A stretch of 62,636 nucleotides of DNA, counting the filler, from Hausera hauseri (lineage: Eukaryota): assembly GCA_046269625.1 (NCBI GenBank). It is 12 parts of 12 records of this genome, joined end to end, with 100 filler letters (N's around TTAATTAATTAA, not from the genome) between each part and the next. Parts side by side here need not be neighbours in the genome. Positions count along the whole stretch, not along the records: positions 49,701 to 53,875 come from JBJURY010719880.1; positions 53,976 to 57,970 come from JBJURY010832192.1; positions 58,071 to 62,636 come from JBJURY010525346.1; 9 more parts are not named here. The stretch is one strand, 5' to 3'. The first letter of the stretch is position 1; each line of letters starts with the position of its first letter. Under the pieces are notes generated by a model. It made no database searches, was not told the origin of the DNA, and saw nothing but the letters and a program-made list of their open reading frames with translations. Shown here in pieces: positions 49,701-62,636 of the stretch. A program made the translations under genes and the position numbers.

Positions 49701-52700
49701 GTTCTCGGGGTTGGAATAGGGAAACCACACTGAGGCCACAATGTTTTTTTTGGGGTGGGAACTGTAAAACCATAATAAGGCCGCAATGCTTTTGTTCTCA
49801 TGGTAGGAATAGTGAATGCATGATAATAATACAATGTTTTTTTTCTCGGGGTGGAAATAGTGAAACGAAAGTAAGGCCACAATGCTTTTGTTCTCCTGGT
49901 GGGAAATGTGAAACCATAATTAGGACAGAATGCTTTTGTTCTCAGGGTTTTCATAGGGAAACCATAATGACTCCACAGTGCTTTTGTACTCGGGATGGGA
50001 ATAGTGAAACCATAATAACGCCACAATTCTTTTGTTCTCGAAATGGGAACTCTGAAACCACAATAAAACAACAATTCTTTTGTTCTCGGGGTGGTTATAG
50101 TGAAACGATACTAAGGCCACTATGCCTTTGTTATCGGATTTTAACAGTGAAACCATTAAAAGGCCACAACGCTTTTGTTCTCGGGGTTGGAATAGGGAAA
50201 TCATAATAAGCCTACAATGTTTATGTTCTCGGGGTTGGAATAGAGAAACCACAATTAAGCCAGATTAATTTTGCTCTTGGAGTGGGAAGTGTGAAACCAT
50301 AAGAAGGCCACATTACTTTGTTCTCGGGGTGGGAATAGTGAAAGCATAATAAGAATTCAATGTTTCTGTTCTCTGGGTGGGAATAGTGAAACGAAAATGA
50401 TGCCAATATGCCTCTTATCTCGGGATGGGCACTGTGAAACCATAATAAGGCCACAATGCTTTTGTTCTATGGATGGGAGTAGTGAAACCATAATAATGCC
50501 ACAATGCTTGTGTATTCGGAGTGGGAATAGTGAAAACATAGTAAGATTACAATGCTTTTGTTATCGGGGTTGCGCTAGGGAAACCAAAATGAGTCCACAA
50601 TGCTTTACTATCGGGGTGGGAATAGTGAAAGTATAATAAGATTACAATGCTTTTGTTCCCGGCGTGGGAATAGTGAAACGAAAATAAGGCCACACTGCCT
50701 TTGTTCTCGGGATGGGAATAATGAAACCATAATAAGGCCACAATGCTTTTGTTCTCGGGGTGGGAACTGTGAAATCATAATAAGGCCACAATGCTTTTGT
50801 CATCGGGGTTGGAATATGGAAACCAAAATAAGGTCACTATGCGTTTGTTCTCGGGATGGGAATAGTGAAACTAAAGTAAGGTCACTATGCCTTTGTTCTC
50901 GGGATGTGAATAGTGAAACTATAATAAGGCCACACTGCTTTTGTATTCTTGGTTGGAACTGTGAAACCATAATAAGGCTGCAATGCTTTTGTTCTCGGGG
51001 TTGGAATAGGGAACCCATAATAAGTCCACAATGCTTTGCTCTTGGCGTGGGAATGGTGAAACGAAAGTAAGACCAATATGCCTTTGTTCTCGGGATGGGA
51101 ATAATGAAGACATAATAAGGCCACAATGCTTTTGTACTAGGGGTGAGAATAGTAAAACCCAATTTGCTGCAGAAAATGCGGCTATTTTCGTGACTGTGGG
51201 AATATTGAAACCATAATAAGGCCATAATGCTTTTGTTCTCGGCGCGGGAATAGTGAAACCCAGTCTGCGGCAGAAAAAGCAACTATTTTCTTCAGGGCGG
51301 TGATAGTGACACCATAATAAGTCCACAATACTTTGTTCTCGGTGTGGGAACTCTGAAACCATAATTAGGCCACAATGCTTTTGTTCTCTGGGTTGGAATA
51401 GGGAAACCACACTGAGGCCACAATGTTTTTTTCTCGGGGTGGGAACTGTGAAACCATAATAAGGCAACAATGCTTTTGTTCTCGGCGTGGGAACTGTGAA
51501 ACCATAATAAGGCCGCAATGCTTTTGTTCTCATGGTTGGAATAGTGTATATATGATAAGAATACAATGCTTTTTTTCTCGGTGTGGGAATAGAGTGAAAC
51601 GAAAATAAGGCCACTCTGCCTTTGTTCTAGGGGTTGGAATAGGGAAACCATAATGAGTACACAATGCTTTGTTCTTAGTGTGGGAATAGTGAAAACATAG
51701 TAAGACTACAATGTTTTTGTTCTCGGGGTGGGAGTAGTGAAACGAAAGTAAGTCCACTATGCCTTTGTTCACTGGATGGGAATAGTGAAACCATAATAAG
51801 GCCACAATACTTTTGTTCTCCTGGTGGGAAATGTGAAACCATAATAAGGACACAATGCTTTTTTTCTTGGGGTGGGATATGTGAAACCATAATTAGGCCG
51901 CAATGCTTTTGTTCTAGGGGTGGGTATAGTGAAACCATAATAAGGCCACAATGCTTTTGTTCTCGGGGTGGTTATAGTGAAACGATACTAAGGCCACTAT
52001 GCCTTTCTTCTCAGGGTGGGAACTGTGAATCCATAATAATGCTCCGATGCTTTTCTTCTCGGGGTGGGAACTGTGAAACCATAATAATGCCACAACGCTT
52101 TTGTTCTCGGGGTTGGAATAGGGAAATCATAATATCCTACAATGTTTATGTTCTCGGGGTGGGAATAGGGAAACCACAATTAGGCCAGATTAATTTTGTT
52201 ATAGGAGTGGGAAGTGTGAAACCATAAGAAGGCCGCATTACTTTGTTCTCGGGGTTGGAAGAGTGAAAGCCTAATAAGACTACAATATTTTCTTCTCCGG
52301 GTGGGAATAGTGAAACGAAAATAAGGCCACTCTGCCTTTGTTCTCGGGTTTGGAATAGGGAAACCATAATGAGTCAACAATGCTTTGTTCTCGAAGTGGG
52401 AATAGTGAAGTCATAGAAAGAATACAATGTTTTTGTTCTCGGGGTGGGAATAGTGAAACCCCGTCTGCTGCAGAAAATTCAGCTATTTTTTTGAGGGTGG
52501 GGATAGTGAATCTATTATAAGTCCACAATGCTTCTGTTCTCGGGGCGGGAATATTGAAAATCATTCTGCGGCAGAAAATGCAGCTACATTCCTGATGGTG
52601 GAAATGGTGAAACCATAATAAGGTTACAATGCTTTAATTCTCTGGGTGGGAACTGCAAAACCAAAATAAGGCCCCAATACTTTTGTTCTCGGGATGTGAA

Positions 52701-53875
52701 CTCTTAACCCGCATTAAGGCCACAATGCTTTTGTTCTCCGGGTTGGAATAGGGAAACCATAATATGTACACCATGCTTTGTTCTCGGGGTGGCAACAGTG
52801 AAATCATAAATACACAACAATGTATTTGTTCTCGGGGTGGGAATAGTGAAACCATAATAAGGCCACAATGCTTTTGTTCTCGGTGTGGGAACTGCGAAAC
52901 CATAAAAAGGCAACAATGCTTTTGTTCTCGGGGTTGCAATAGGGAAAGCAAAAAGAGTCCACAATGCTTTACTATTGGGGTGGGAATAGTGAAAGTATAG
53001 TAAGATTACAATGTTTTTGTTCCCGGGGTGGGAATAGTGAAACGAAAGTAAGGCCACACTGCCTTTGTTCTCGGGATGGGAATAGTGAAACCATAATAAC
53101 GCCACAATTCTTTTGTTCTCGAGGTGGGAACTCTGAAACTACAATAAGGCAACAATTTCTTTGTTCTCTGAGTGATTATAGTGAAACGATACTAAGGCCA
53201 CTATGCCTTTGTTCTCGAAATTTTAATAGTGAAAACATAAAAGGGCCACCATGCTTTTGTTCTCGGGGTGGGTATAGTGAAACCATAATAAGGCCACAAT
53301 GCTTTTGTTCTAGGGGTTGGAACTGTGAAACCATAATAAGGCAACAATGCTTTTTTTCTCGGCGTGGGAAATGTGAAACCATAATTAGGCGGCAATGCTT
53401 TGTTCTCGGTGTTGGAATAGTGAAAGCATAAAAAGACTACAATATTTTTTTTCTCGGGGTGGGAATAGTGAAACGAAAATAAGGCCACTCTGCCTTTCTT
53501 CACGGGGTTGGAATGGGGAAACCATAATGAGTCCACAATTTCTTTGTTCTCGGTGTGGGATCTGTGAAACCATAAAAAGGCAACAATGCTTTTGTTCTCG
53601 GGGTTGCAATAGGGAAACCAAAATGAGGCCACAATGCTTTACTCTCGGGGTGGAAATAGTGAAAGTATAGTAAGATTACAATATTTTTGTTCCCGGGGTG
53701 GAAATAGTGAAACGAAAATAAGGCCACACTGCCTTTGTTCTCGGGATGGGAATAGTGAAACCATAATAAGCCCACAATGCCTTTGTTCTCTGGGTTGAAA
53801 TAGGGAAACCATAATATGTACACCATGCTTTGTTCTCGGGGTGGCAACAGTGAAATCATAAATACACAACAATGT
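49701..53875. repeat. 48-bp tandem satellite, about 87 diverged monomers
   Basis: Consensus GGGGTGGGAATAGTGAAACCATAATAAGGCCACAATGCTTTTGTTCTC; period measured 50703 to 50751. Confidence 0.97.
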
Positions 53876-56056
53876 NNNNNNNNNNNNNNNNNNNNNNNNN
53901 NNNNNNNNNNNNNNNNNNNTTAATTAATTAANNNNNNNNNNNNNNNNNNNNNNNNNNNNNNNNNNNNNNNNNNNNATGTTAATATGAAACGCGTATCATG
54001 TGATCAATCACGCGTGAACATGACGTGTAGGCGCTCCACCCATGTGGCTCGCTTTTAAGCTAGAACCACGCTTTTTTTTTCTTCTGACCGACACTTTCTT
54101 TCAACCTCCCACTTGTCCAAAGCGTCCAACGTCCCCACCACATCAATCGAACGCCCGGACTCTACTCTACATTTTCACTTATCCATTACTGCTCAAATTT
54201 TGCTTCTGGAAAAAGTTCGTTTTTTTCTTTTGCATTTCCCGGCTTTGTCTTTTGCGACACCAAAAAACCCACGGCACCATTAAACTCGCCGTTGTCGAAC
54301 TGACCAATCAGCATGCGAGCGTTACGTGACTGGTCAATTGGTGCGTGAATGGACCCACTCCTTTGGTCCAGAACCATCCTTTTTCCCCTACTTATAATGT
54401 AGGCCATCCATTGTTCGCTATTTTTGGTGAAGATTATAAAATTGGCTAAATTTTGAAATACTTCTAAATGACAAAAATACATATAAATGCGTTCAAACAA
54501 ACTGGCATATTAATTGACAAATTAGTTCGAAAATAGAACATTTGTTTAAATTTGTTTTCATTTTTAAATTAAAGGCGTATTTTAAAATTCATTTAAACAT
54601 TTTTATTTATGAAAGTATGAAAATATAACAAATCTATATAGAACAGTTTCAATGTAGGTTAAAGTGTTTATTTCTTCATATTTTCACTCCTGTTTTAATT
54701 ACGTATTTAAATACGACATAACTTAAATAGTGGAATAAATAATTTTAAATAAATTTAAAAATATGCTCTTAATTTAAAAATAAAATAACAAATTTAAACA
54801 AATATCCATTCTCCGAACTTATTTATCAGACCATGTATGTTTTGGGCATCATTATGACATTTGTGACAATTTCTTGTAAACTTTAATTGAAAACTTTTTA
54901 CATAGTGATTTTTATTCAAAAATAAACTATTTTAATCAGCAATCCAAAATATATAACAAATTTTTGTACGAATATCTAATGTCTTTGTCCTGCTTGAAAT
55001 TTATGAAATTCAGGATTCCACAATTCAATTTATAGGCGGAAATTAGTAAAATTTATTGGACAAAATTAAAAATGAAAGTGATTGAATTGCTCACCAAAAT
55101 ATTATTTACACTTAAATCACCAAATCGTCTTAAAGTAGACTCAAATATAAGGAAGTGCAAAATAGTATTTAAGAAAAATGTGTGCAAAAATATTTATAAC
55201 AACTTGATGCACCCGTGTATCAAAACATGCTGCTACTTAACTAAAGTAAAGTCTAGAGAAATTAATTTCGAGAAATATCGTTACTGTTATGTACAAATTT
55301 TACTGTACAATATCTTTACAACAATAGTAAGGTCTTGATAACATCATCTAATTTTTGTCAGACTACCATCAAACAATATAAAGGAACATTGCATAGTTGT
55401 AATGCAGTGACCCGTTCTTCTCCTGAAAACTGCAAAAGACTTTTCGTCCATTTTGAAGTCATTGTTCAATTTATACTATGTCCGATCCCCATTCTGTGTA
55501 AAGACATTTTAGAGAGAATGTTAGTACTTGTATTCCAAAAAGCATAAAATTTACGTTGGAATCATTTTAAAACTTACTATAATATTTTGGATGTAATTTG
55601 CTGGCAATAAACTGCTCTGTAGCTTCTACTGGAACTAAAAATGACCATTCAACATTTAGTCTCTACCGTGTTGCTAACCCTGATGTATTCATTAAATTAC
55701 TTTGTCGATTTTATATATTCAGTCTTTAAGTATTAATATTTAGCCATTTTTAAGAATAAATATCTTAAGACGGCACAACACAAATTGTTTGAACTAAATT
55801 TTTGATTTTCTTATATCAAGAGGANNNNNNNNNNGCTAATATTTTTAGTTTTGAAGAATAGTGAGACAACTAGAAAACGAAATTGAACTTAGATAAAATT
55901 GAAAAACTCCAAGTATGTACATTTCTTGTTTGGGGTTATTAGCATATATGACGAGTAGTCATTCAAATTCATAATCTCTTGCTTTGTTTTAAACAATTAA
56001 TAGTTAATTTAATTTCTAAATTTTTTCAAATACGAATTTTATTTGATTTGAATGTC

Positions 56057-56592
56057 ATGGCCAAAAGAAAATCGGAAAGTGATGGTAGTAAACCAAGAAT
56101 TTTTTATTTGTTAAAATTTCATATAGAAATCATTCTGTCAGCAAAATTGAGCAGAATTGATGAAGTTTTATCAAGGGGAAATAATGCCCTCATGATGCTG
56201 AATGAGGTTGGTATCAAAGGACTAAAATGGAACATGGAACAGATCAAAAATTCTGTCCCACAAAAATTCCGAGCTACATGTCAATTTACCGAACCATTTG
56301 CTGGACGTGACAATGTTATCCAAACTGGAACGATGTTTTTTTCCGATGGATTAACTAAAGCGGCTTGTAAGCATGAAATTGCCGAACAGATTATCGGTCG
56401 AATTGCTGGGAAATCGTCAAATGGTGTTGTGAATAACATTCCAGTGGAAAAATCGGCTTTATCATCGGATGCTCCCAAATTAGAGGAATCTGTTAGAATT
56501 TCAAACGAGAAGGCAAAAGATTCGGAATATAAATTTATTCTACAAGAAGATGGATATTCGTGTTATGTGGATTTTCGTAGAGTCGTTGTCAA
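56057..56592 (+). CDS. ADAR: ADAR-like gene, 5' exons with dsRNA-binding domain (probable 57-nt intron 56085-56141)
   Basis: MAKRKSESD; NALMMLNE...FRATCQF...F.SDGLTKAACKHEIAEQII dsRBD pattern; exon 3' end approximate. Confidence 0.65.
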
Positions 56593-57315
56593 GGTTGGTT
56601 TTCAGTTGTTATTTCTCCTTTAAACAACTTTGCCATTGTTGATTGTTGTATAAAATTTACAAATATTCCTTATGTTGATTGCTTAAGATGACTTAAATTG
56701 ATTGTGGGAGCTTTTCGTGTTTCATGGCAAGACGGATACTTATTTCCCTATTTTAATATTTCTTTTAATCCAATAAGCTTAAGCAAGGCAGCCAATAGTC
56801 TGGAACATGTTTGGAGGATTCTCGAAATACGCTCATCCGTGGACGGAGGAAATGCACGAAGTTCGCCAGTGGTTCTCTCATCGATCGATGATCTCCAATG
56901 AATCCTAGTCATGGGATATCAGACAGTACTAAGTATTCCAGACGTGTTTATATAATGAGTTAATACTTACTGCACGGGCACGATTTATGCATACCTTGCT
57001 AAAAATTCCTATAAAAATGCGTTATCTAAATTGACTATTGTAAAATTTATGAAATCACGAATCTGTGAAACGTCAGATAATTCGTTAAATTGTTTTTAGA
57101 TGACGGGACCGAGTAAAAAAATAGCTAAGAGACTTGTTGCGCAACAAATTTTGAAGAACTATTTTAAATTGGTATTTGCTGAAGAAAGTAAAAGTTGTGT
57201 TGTACGAGAATTGTTTAGCCCAACATTTAGAGTTACCATCAATCGTTAGTCCAAGTAAATTAACAAATACAGAATCAGAGAGTGAGTTATTTACCATTTA
57301 CTGTTTATTAGAGTA

Positions 57316-57860
57316 ATGATAGAATTGCCGCCGGGTCGACAGAAAGCTTTTTCTAATCAGATTCAGGCACTGGTACGGAATGGATACGAAAAGCTAATTA
57401 GCAACGTTGATATGCAATATGCCAAAAGAAAAGTTGTTGCGGGCATTGTTTTGAGCCGTAGCATAAAGGCCGTCTTTCCTCAATATTGTAAGAGAGATGA
57501 TAACAAATTGGAATGTGCAATCGATCCTTCGACGTTTTTTGAAAAGACCGGCGGCTGGTCTGTAAACGAAGACGATCCGTGCGAAATGCTGAAGGTAATT
57601 GTCATCAGTTCTGGAACAAAATGCGTCTCGGGAAGTGTGCTAAACGCTGATGGACTGTCCGTGAACGATTGCCACGCTGAAGTAATAGCAAAACGATCCA
57701 TTCAGCTGTTCATTTACAAAGCTATCGCGCGTTATCAAAATGGGTTTAAATATGTACCCGGTCATGAATTATATGGTTGTGATATTGTCGAAGCTATAAA
57801 TGGTGAAAATCCTTGGATTTACAAATCTAATAAGGATGTGAAACTTCATATTTATGATAC
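57316..57860 (+). CDS. ADAR: ADAR-type adenosine deaminase domain exon (gene truncated by contig end)
   Basis: RKVVAGIVL...KVIVISSGTKC...VNDCHAEVIAKRS...KLHIY. Confidence 0.88.
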
Positions 57861-58149
57861 GTTTATGAGTTTCGAAAAGAAGTTTGGGTTTTCGCAACCC
57901 TAAACTTATATTCATTACTTAATTCAAAATAAGCCTAGTTTCTCCTTCCTCTAAGGCTACAGGTTTATTANNNNNNNNNNNNNNNNNNNNNNNNNNNNNN
58001 NNNNNNNNNNNNNNTTAATTAATTAANNNNNNNNNNNNNNNNNNNNNNNNNNNNNNNNNNNNNNNNNNNNTATACCTATACGCCTTCTTAGGCGTGTACA
58101 ATGGACTTTACTTACTTACTTTTTATTATTAATATTACTACAAAATAAA

Positions 58150-58170
58150 TGGGGGCCTCTCGTCCGGGAT
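58150..58170 (+). promoter_or_regulatory. tRNA-Pro-like primer-binding site
   Basis: TGGGGGCCTCTCGTCCGGGAT vs canonical TGGGGGCTCGTCCGGGAT; follows ...TACA. Confidence 0.7.
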
Positions 58171-58979
58171 GGCAAAAGAGATGACCGGAGAGATAGGAAT
58201 GGTCAAATAAAATAAACACCCGAACCTTCGTCTGGGATAACAAAATAGATCATCAGGGAGTAATAAAAGTAAACATAAACACCCGAACTCATCCGGGATA
58301 ACAAAATAGATCATCAGAGAGTAGTAAAAGTAAATTAATTAAACCGAACATTCGTCTGGGATGCCAAAATAAATCACCGGAATAGGCGCACATTCGTCCA
58401 GAGTTGACGAACATTGAAATCGTAGGATAGGAACGAGAGGGATCAATGACACAGAAGAGCTTACGCAACCGCTAGGATAGACAAGACGCCCTTGGTCAGT
58501 GGATTGATGAATCCAGAGAGGGAGATAAGTTAATTTAGGGGGAATTAACAGATAATTTAGTTAGAAAAATTTATTTTAGTTAGATGCATGTTTGCCTAAC
58601 AGCCTATTTTGCAGAATAGCAAAGCAAAGGCAAAGGCACAGAAAGTTCAAGCAAGTAAGCAAGCGCCTCTAATAATTTTAAAATATAAAAGGTTGAGTTA
58701 TAAAAGAATGGAGGCAAAGGTAAGTCGTCGGATACAATCGACGTACAAGACGCTGTGAAATTAAGAAGGTCTAAAGAGTGTTTGGGTAGCATTTAAAAAG
58801 GAAACTAATGGAAATACAAGATAAATAATCTTGGAAAGCGCAGACATTGGCGCGAATTTTAAAATTTAAGTAATAAAAATTAATCATTCATCTAAACTCA
58901 TACGCAGATACTTAGCGCATTTCAAGCAGACACTACAACTTCACTTATCATTGTCCATCGTCATATAAAACGAGAAAGG

Positions 58980-60140
58980 ATGGAACATAGTATAGAGAAA
59001 ATGTTAATGGACAGGTTACAGCCTGCTAAGGAACAAGGTACACCGAACGACGGACTCGCATTCCTAGTTGAACAATTTAATAAAGATTGTGCTATACAAC
59101 AATTGCGCGAGGCGACACCGGCGTTTAAGAGGGACAAGTCTACGCTACAGGCATGGTTAACCATGCTCGAATTCGTCGCCAGACAGAGGAATTTACCGGA
59201 GAAATTATATGTAGAGATGGCAGCGCTAACTTCCACTGACAACGTTCAAGCTACGATACAGCAGTGGATAATGTTCGAGAAGGATATCTCGTGGAAGGAA
59301 ATGAGAGAACGGTTGATCCGCACCTACGGAAAACCGGTAGACCAAGATATCACTATAAGAAAAATACATTCCGTGGTACAGGAATCACACGAAACGATAC
59401 TAGCCTATTACGAAAGAGTTAATAGAACACTCATACACGCATCTGTGTCAGCCGAAACCCAGAGAGGATTAGCCGCGTCGTTTGTGGATGGATTGTTAGA
59501 CGAACGTATGAGAAGAAAGCTAACAAAGAAACAACCGGCGACATTAATAGAGGCCATGGAAAGAGCGGTAGACATAGAAAATGAAACCATCAGGTTCCAG
59601 GCAAGATATGAGGTACGCCGACGGGCAAGAGCATCTCGAACAAGCAGAGGTGAATACCATAAGAGAGATGAGACAACCGCAAGAGTTAACCCCATACGAA
59701 ACTGAAGTCAAACCACCACTAGCCCATCCGAAAAGTCCTATAAGCCAAAGCGTGTCCCATTATAAACCCTCCCCTAAAGCTAAACGATACGACCTTACGG
59801 TGAAGATAATCGGGAGTAGCAAACCAGTCTGTAGATTCTGTCAGAATGAAGGTCATACAGCTATGAAGTGCCGAAAAGAACGAAATTTAGGAAGTATATA
59901 ACATGTAGCGTATGTCATCAGAGAGGTCACCTAGCCCAAGATTGCACCATTCCGAAAAGCAAACCAGGGAACAGAATGGCAGTCCACGCCATTGACGAGG
60001 TCCAAGAGAATTCAAGGGTGCAGCCAGCGCAAGATGAGTTAGAAGTGAAACAAACGTCCAGAACAGTAGAGCCGCAAGTATACACGATTACTGAGAAGTT
60101 AACGGAAACCGAACCTTGCTCAGCTTTGGTACAAATCTAG
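58980..60140 (+). pseudogene. Gypsy gag (capsid-like + two CCHC zinc knuckles), frameshifted
   Basis: SWKEMRERL...VQESHETILAY...FVDGL; CRFCQNEGHTAMKC; CSVCHQRGHLAQDC. Confidence 0.88.
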
Positions 60141-62636
60141 GATAACCTCATTCGAGCACTACTGGATACGGAGCGAACATCTCCGTGATGGATAGCAGGA
60201 CGATTGTAGAACTAGATATTACTCACCGGGTTAAACCGCACGAGTCATCGCTGGCAATGGCAGGAGGTGAGAGAATGTCGATCGTCAGGGAGATCAGACT
60301 TACTTTCTGGTTGGCAGGGAACAAGTTTAACCACACGTTCCAGGTGACACCCAAGTTGCAACAAAGGATGATACTTGGCAGCGACTTCCTACACTGGAAC
60401 AAGATAGAACTTAGCTTCCGGCGCAATGCGATTTGGGTTAAAGACCGGTGGCACGGGGTGGACAATGACATATATAACGCATCGCTGGTACAGGTGAAGG
60501 ATAACATGTGGATACCACCTCAGTCCATAAGTGTGGTGCAAGTGTATTTGAAGCCCTCAAACTACCTACGCCCGAGAGAGGACATATACCTCACCTATAT
60601 GGAAAACAATGAAGACTCTAACCCCAGTGAAATCAGTCAAGACCCTTGGATCCATATGCTAGATACCACTATAAAGCTGGAATCATCGAACGAAGTTTCG
60701 ATTACGATCGTAAACAACTCCAGCAAGCATGTATTTTTAAGAAAAGGACAAGCAATTGCCACTGCAGCAAAAATACACCACGTAGAATACAAGGCCATAT
60801 GAAGCATACAAGTAGAGCAGATACCGAGAGCCACCACAGCAAGACAAGATGAGAAAACCTCACAGGAAGAAGTGCAGGATAGACTTGAGACGTTGCTGAA
60901 ACAAAGGCAGAAACATGACACTCTAGATCGTGAAGTGGTGAAACTAGTCAAGGAGCATCCAGATACGTTTGCTGTAGACGATACTAAGTTGGAAACGACC
61001 GATACCGTGCATATGGGCATTGACACGGGTAACCAGGCACCAATTGCCATGAAACCATACCCAGTTCCCATACACAAACGGAAGTTAGTAGAGAAGGCCA
61101 TTAGTGAGATGTTGGAGAATGGTATTACCTCACACACGATATCCCCGTGGGCGTTCCCAATCGTGCTGGTGCAGAAAAAGGACGGAAGCACGAGATTTTG
61201 CGCGGATTTTAGAAATTGCAGTTTCAAAGTCGATTTCCTGTCCTCTGCTACACATTAATACTATAATCGATAGTCTAGCTAACAGTACTTACTTCTCGAC
61301 ACTTGACGCGAGAGCGAGATTTTGGGTCATTCCCATGACGGAGAGAGCTAAAGAGCGTTCAACTATCACTACTCACATGGGCACGTTTAACTTTAATGTT
61401 ATGCCATTTGGCCTGAAAGGGGCACCGGCAACGTTTATGGCCTTGATGAACCGCGTACTACAAGGACTGTCGAACATCGCGATGGCATACATCGATGATA
61501 TTATAGTGCATACCAACGGCACATCGGAAGAGCACATTAGAGATCTAAAGATAGTGTTCGATAGGTTGAAACAGCATCATGTCAGGCTCAAGTTGAGTAA
61601 ATGCTCGTTTTTTCAAAAGGAAACGAAGTACTTGGGATTCATTGTTGGACAAAAGGGCATACGACCAGACCCAGAAAAAGTGGAAGCGATACAACAAATT
61701 CCAGAGCCTACCTCGGTACGGGAAATGAGAAGCTTTATTGGATCCTGTAATTACTACAGAAGATTCCTACCGGCATTTTCAGCTATAGCCGAGCCGTTAA
61801 TTAATCTCACTAGAAGAGGTACCCGATTTAGCTGGTGAGACGAATGCATTGCCGCCTTTGTAGAACTCAAGGAACAGTTCACCAAGATACCCATCCTAGG
61901 CTATCCAGATATTGCGAAACCTATCATTCTATATACCGACAGCTCGGATTTCACAGTAGGAGTGGTACTCGTCCAAAGCACCGAAGAAACAAACCCGAAG
62001 AAGAATGAGAGATATATAAAGTTTAAAGATAGATTGTTATACCACATCCACTACAACAATATGCTCCGATTAGTGGTACCTAAAACGCTACAGCCGCACA
62101 TAATCCATCAGTACCATGATTTGAAAGGGCACTGCAATATCTCAAGAACCCTGATGACGATATAGTCCAAATATCTAGCGAAAGACGTTTACAAGCATGT
62201 TTCCACGTGTACACAATGTCAGCTCAACCATACAGACCCGACAAAAACACCATTATTGGAAACTAAACCACCGAAGTTCTCGTTTCAGAAGATTTCGTTA
62301 GACTTAACCGGGCCACACCCCAGAACATTACTAGGGAACCAGTACATACTCCATGTAGTTGATGAATATTCGGCATGGCAGGAAGCGTATCCGTTACCGA
62401 ATAAACTTAGTGAATACCCTGGTCCAGAAATATTTCACAGAATTCAGCATTCAGCAAAGATCCTCATGGACAACGGAGGAGAATTCGTTAACAACAAGTT
62501 CGAGGAGATGTGCAAACGATACAACATTGTACTTAGGAAGACCAGCATCTACCACCCGCAAGCGAACGGGAGAAATGAAGCGTCACACAAAACTCTATAT
62601 GATATAATGAAGATGTATGTCAATGACACGAGACAA
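60141..62636 (+). pseudogene. Gypsy pol: protease, RT, truncated RNase H, integrase
   Basis: ALLDTGANIS, ILGSDFL, SPWAFPIVLVQKKDGSTRFCADFR, MPFGLKGAPATF, YIDDII, YTDSSD, HPQANG. Confidence 0.92.

Larger units (their letters stand above)
58130..62636 (+). mobile_element. Ty3/Gypsy LTR retrotransposon, decayed (PBS-gag-PR-RT-deleted RH-INT)
   Basis: tRNA-Pro-like PBS, gag with two CCHC knuckles, LLDTGA, YIDD, integrase motifs. Confidence 0.92.

Noticed and set aside
49701-53875. CRISPR-like array, repeat-protein ORFs or hammerhead ribozyme array
   Set aside because: Monomers are contiguous with no unique spacers and no cas genes. ORFs arise because 48 is a multiple of 3 and occur in many frames. 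No recurring CUGAUGA core accompanies GAAAC.
53976-54420. CCAAT-containing promoter-like region
   Set aside because: Motifs are short, ~1.7 kb from the ADAR start with a gap between; function cannot be supported

Overview
This window is not one locus. It is 12 unrelated eukaryotic (animal-like) contigs joined by artificial 100-nt spacers (N44-TTAATTAATTAA-N44): 1-8484, 8585-14044, 14145-19468, 19569-24754, 24855-29630, 29731-33919, 34020-38493, 38594-43424, 43525-49600, 49701-53875, 53976-57970 and 58071-62636. Most of the content is decayed mobile DNA: a NeSL-like RLE non-LTR element with two Ulp1-type protease domains; several Ty3/Gypsy elements; RTE, APE-type and Hero-like LINE fragments; two Polinton/Maverick pieces (integrase-penton-penton-core-major capsid; pPolB); MITEs; and a 48-bp satellite. 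Host genes seen are a teleost-like bcl6, an ADAR-like gene, tRNA-Lys(CTT) and a PDE12-like pseudogene. The best candidate for a novel system is a Gypsy family represented by two homologous contigs (19569-24754 and 38594-43424). One carries a chuvirus-like glycoprotein gene upstream of protease-RT. In the other, the integrase frame continues into a signal-like peptide, FN3-like domains and a TM helix, followed by accessory ORFs. The second candidate is an LTR-type element (tRNA-His PBS, PPT, no gag/pol) carrying an antisense PDE12 copy. All family calls come from motifs recognised by eye; no database searches were run.
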